Source of the DNA: Phoronis australis
Lineage: Eukaryota > Animalia > Phoronida
Length of the DNA stretch: 64,000 bases
NCBI GenBank assembly: GCA_002633005.1
Contig: NMRA01000397.1
Coordinates: 249,218 to 313,217, forward strand
Direction: 5' to 3'
Shown: positions 61,801-64,000 of the stretch, in pieces
Layout: each line of letters opens with the position of its first letter
Numbering within the stretch: position 1 is the stretch's first letter
The notes under the pieces: generated by a model
Databases searched by the model: none
What the model was told of the DNA's origin: nothing
What the model saw: only the letters and a program-made list of their open reading frames with translations
Position numbers and translations under genes: made by a program

Positions 61801-63926
61801 TGGACTGGGCGCTTATTTCAGGAAAGTCTGAAAACGCGTGGGGGGCGCTTATAGGGGCATGGGCGGTTATTAGGGCAAATACGGTAATCATATTTCTGAG
61901 CGATGTTTGAACGTACAGTACAAGACAAAAGAAATCGGACGAGATACCAATTCCTCGTCGTGACCAGTAATGTTTGCGATATCATTCTCAAAAATTTCCG
62001 ATTTACAATATTTCACCTATGTTGTATGTGTAGCAAAATAACTAATCTTCATTCCCTACGAACTTCAAATGAGAAATAAATACCATGTACCGAGAAAAAA
62101 GATTTAGTACAACGACCTTGAACAGCTTGCAAATTAGGTAACTACTTGTCCGAGGTCAAAGGTTACAGAGCTGTCACCCATATCGAATCTCCTGACACCA
62201 GGCATAGAACAGTCCCGTATGTACCCTCGGTCCTCTCATTCACGGAGTCGCCATAATATCGAGCCAATGAGGTGTACATAGAAAGATGCTGCGGAAAACG
62301 AAGATGAGTCATTGTTTTTGTCCTGATGAAGTTGTGTGTTTGCATGCAAATGCACCAAGTCTGAGTTGCTAAATTGCCTCAGTGTTCACTGACATAGCAA
62401 GTTGTTAAAAAGATAAATCCTTGAAATTCATTCATCTGATTGGCAATTTGACATTTCACTGTTTCAATTTCATGCTCACGGCGCGTTTCATCATAATATC
62501 ATTGTCCCCTGCTCATGGTGTGTATACAGTGAACTGTTGGTCTACTTGCTGCTGGCTCCAGATTCTTAGTTCAGATTCTGACCTAGTTAACAAGAATACA
62601 TGTATCTGCACATACAAAATTAAAACATTTTTGTAATAATTGAATTAATTATGCACTAAAAATTCAGTTGACATTGTGAGTGAACGTTGAAATACTAAAC
62701 ATGGTTAAGGCATGTGCAGGGTGTATTGACCGAAAACAAGTTTTCATGGAATAATTAGCTGTAGTCTTCAAGATTTTCACGTCTCACAACTTAACCGCCT
62801 TTTTTCAGCTTTGACAAATTGACTGAATTTGAACTTAGAAACAGGAGTTCTCGAAAATGGCTTAGTGGATTTTGGTGAAACTATCCTAACTTAATATTTA
62901 TTCGTCAACCTCGAAACTGCTGGGTGAATACGACTGCTATTTTCACAAAATTCCTTACGTTTTGCAAGTTAATTTGTCATAGAAACCAAACTAAAAGACT
63001 AATCAAAAATTCCGAAATGCGTTTTTTAGGTAACTGGTGAAGTTTTCATTTAAAAGGTTTCGTTGAATTTGACTGAGGGGTTATTTTGCTATGAATGTAC
63101 CACTCCATGATAGCAAAGAGCAGCACATAGTAATAAAAACAACTACGATTTTAAAACGACTTGACATGTTTTGGTGTCATTTATTCAAACACGATCATCA
63201 GAAGAGAGAATATAGTGGCTATCTACCTATCTAGGCCCAGCAACAAGTGATGAAACACAGATACAGTCAGTTATAGGTAGTGGCAATAAACTAGAACAAC
63301 AACGACAACCTGTGGTGTGCCAGTTGCCTATTGAGATTGGGCTTGCACCAACTGATGTGTAGAGCCTCACGAATAAGACCAAGCAAAAACAACAAAGGAG
63401 CGTAATAATGATAATGTCTCATAAATATAAAACAAATTTTTATAATCCCCTTGACCTTTTTTCTTTCAGAAACTATATACTTTTAGTAGTTTGCAAAGCC
63501 TGGTTTTTGTAACACATGAGTTAGAATGGACTCCACTAAATAAGGTTTGACATAACCTTAACAGCAAAGTGACCCGTAAAACTATTATGCTGACAAAATT
63601 CTTATTACAGCTATTCTCATTCTCTTCATTCACCGTCGTGAAGAATGCAGCCCAGCCGTCATGGCGGGTAACTGCTGATAAATTGTTTACTTCTTTTAGT
63701 GTGTATTGTTTGTTGAGAAAACACTGTATTTTGCCGATAGTCAGACCAACCCTCAAAGTTATGCTATTGAATCCTTTCAGAACGTTTGAGCTCAAAAACC
63801 TTGGTCAGATCAAGGCAGTTTACCCGACAGCCTACACACTGCGACAGGAGAAGGATCTTCCCACATATGGCCGTGGCCATACATCGAGCCAGTACCAGCT
63901 TACTGTGGAACCAAATCTCGAACATT
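55514..63926 (+). CDS. CDT1: DNA replication licensing factor CDT1, 5' part (5 exons; gene continues past window)
   Basis: Exons 55514-55867, 57722-58009, 59091-59185, 59654 (or 59756)-59971, 63781-63926 with matching phases. N-terminal PIP degron ([12 protein letters not shown]), CDK site TPVK, Cy motif RKRL, and geminin-binding domain [83 protein letters not shown], matching recalled CDT1 sequence. Confidence 0.92.
56010..57056. mobile_element. 1047-bp non-autonomous element with TAGGCAA termini and a 9-bp TSD, in CDT1 intron 1
   Basis: TSD GCTCAGTAC at 56001-56009 and 57057-57065; TIR TAGGCAAC..GCCCTG; right half repeated at 52481-53003. Confidence 0.85.
57331..57516 (-). mobile_element. 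Degenerate relative of the 54391-54685 foldback element
   Basis: ctataggcgct..gccagaag..ttcggcaaattatgcct..ttaattccttccaactcg matches the reverse of the element's arm and core. Confidence 0.6.
57722..58009 (+). CDS. CDT1: CDT1 exon 2 (CDK site, Cy motif)
   Basis: [25 protein letters not shown]...[18 protein letters not shown]; ttgctag/gtatat, 288 nt open. Confidence 0.8.
58315..58640 (-). mobile_element. HINE/pearl-like element, reverse fragment in CDT1 intron 2
   Basis: gacgcctcctagtggcaattttt and gcgccatctagt are reverse complements of the family modules. Confidence 0.55.
59091..59185 (+). CDS. CDT1: CDT1 exon 3 (linker)
   Basis: [30 protein letters not shown]; atttcag/gtaaat; phase 0 to 2 bridges exons 2 and 4. 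Confidence 0.65.
59654..59971 (+). CDS. CDT1: CDT1 exon 4 (start of geminin-binding domain; alternative acceptor at 59756)
   Basis: [51 protein letters not shown]; donor gtaagt. Confidence 0.9.
60567..61884 (+). mobile_element. Tc2/pogo-like MITE, full copy
   Basis: TA-CTGTTTTCGCCCTAATAACCGCCC ... GGGCGGTTATTAGGGCAAATACGG-TA; about 1.3 kb, no transposase ORF. Confidence 0.82.
62141..63101 (-). mobile_element. Degenerate Kolobok-like MITE, reverse copy in CDT1 intron 4
   Basis: Reverse complement of internal blocks of 12118-13519 (e.g. ccgaggtcaaaggtta, ttctcgaaaatggct, gggttattttgctatgaatgtacc). Confidence 0.7.
63781..63926 (+). CDS. CDT1: CDT1 exon 5
   Basis: [46 protein letters not shown]; ctttcag/gtaagt. 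Confidence 0.9.
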
Positions 63927-64000
63927 GTAAGTAATGTGTTGTGTAATGCTGCAGTATTGAATGGAAGTTAGAAGAGTAACTCTTCACTGCCACTCTCACC

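Overview
Eukaryotic, AT-rich, intron- and repeat-rich genomic DNA from an animal, probably a marine invertebrate (inference; species not identified). There is one N gap (44163-44356) and single Ns at 21090 and 40517. Three protein-coding genes can be supported. (1) RELCH/KIAA1468 on the minus strand: 21 GT-AG exons hand-assembled from 55238 down to 24990 into one continuous frame of 1032 codons; I could not find its C-terminal exons in the window. (2) CDT1 on the plus strand: starts at 55514, 5 exons seen, runs off the right edge, and sits head-to-head with RELCH across a 275-bp promoter carrying E2F, E-box and CCAAT motifs. (3) A rhodopsin-class GPCR exon (+, 15404-16578) lacking the DRY, CWxP and NPxxY motifs, probably nested antisense in a RELCH intron of more than 25 kb. 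Introns hold many non-autonomous DNA elements: HINE/pearl-like copies, TTAA-flanked Kolobok-like MITEs, Tc2/pogo-like MITEs and TAGGCAA-ended elements with 9-bp TSDs, including a three-level nest. There are also long palindromes and a 54-bp minisatellite with a 216-bp higher-order repeat. The strongest leads are an in-frame 102-bp duplication of the CDT1 splice acceptor plus the geminin-contacting PAYERF motif, the nested atypical GPCR, and a strict strand bias of HINE-like elements. I found no prokaryote-type system (CRISPR, operon). All alignments were done by eye and homologue sequences were recalled from memory; no database searches were run.
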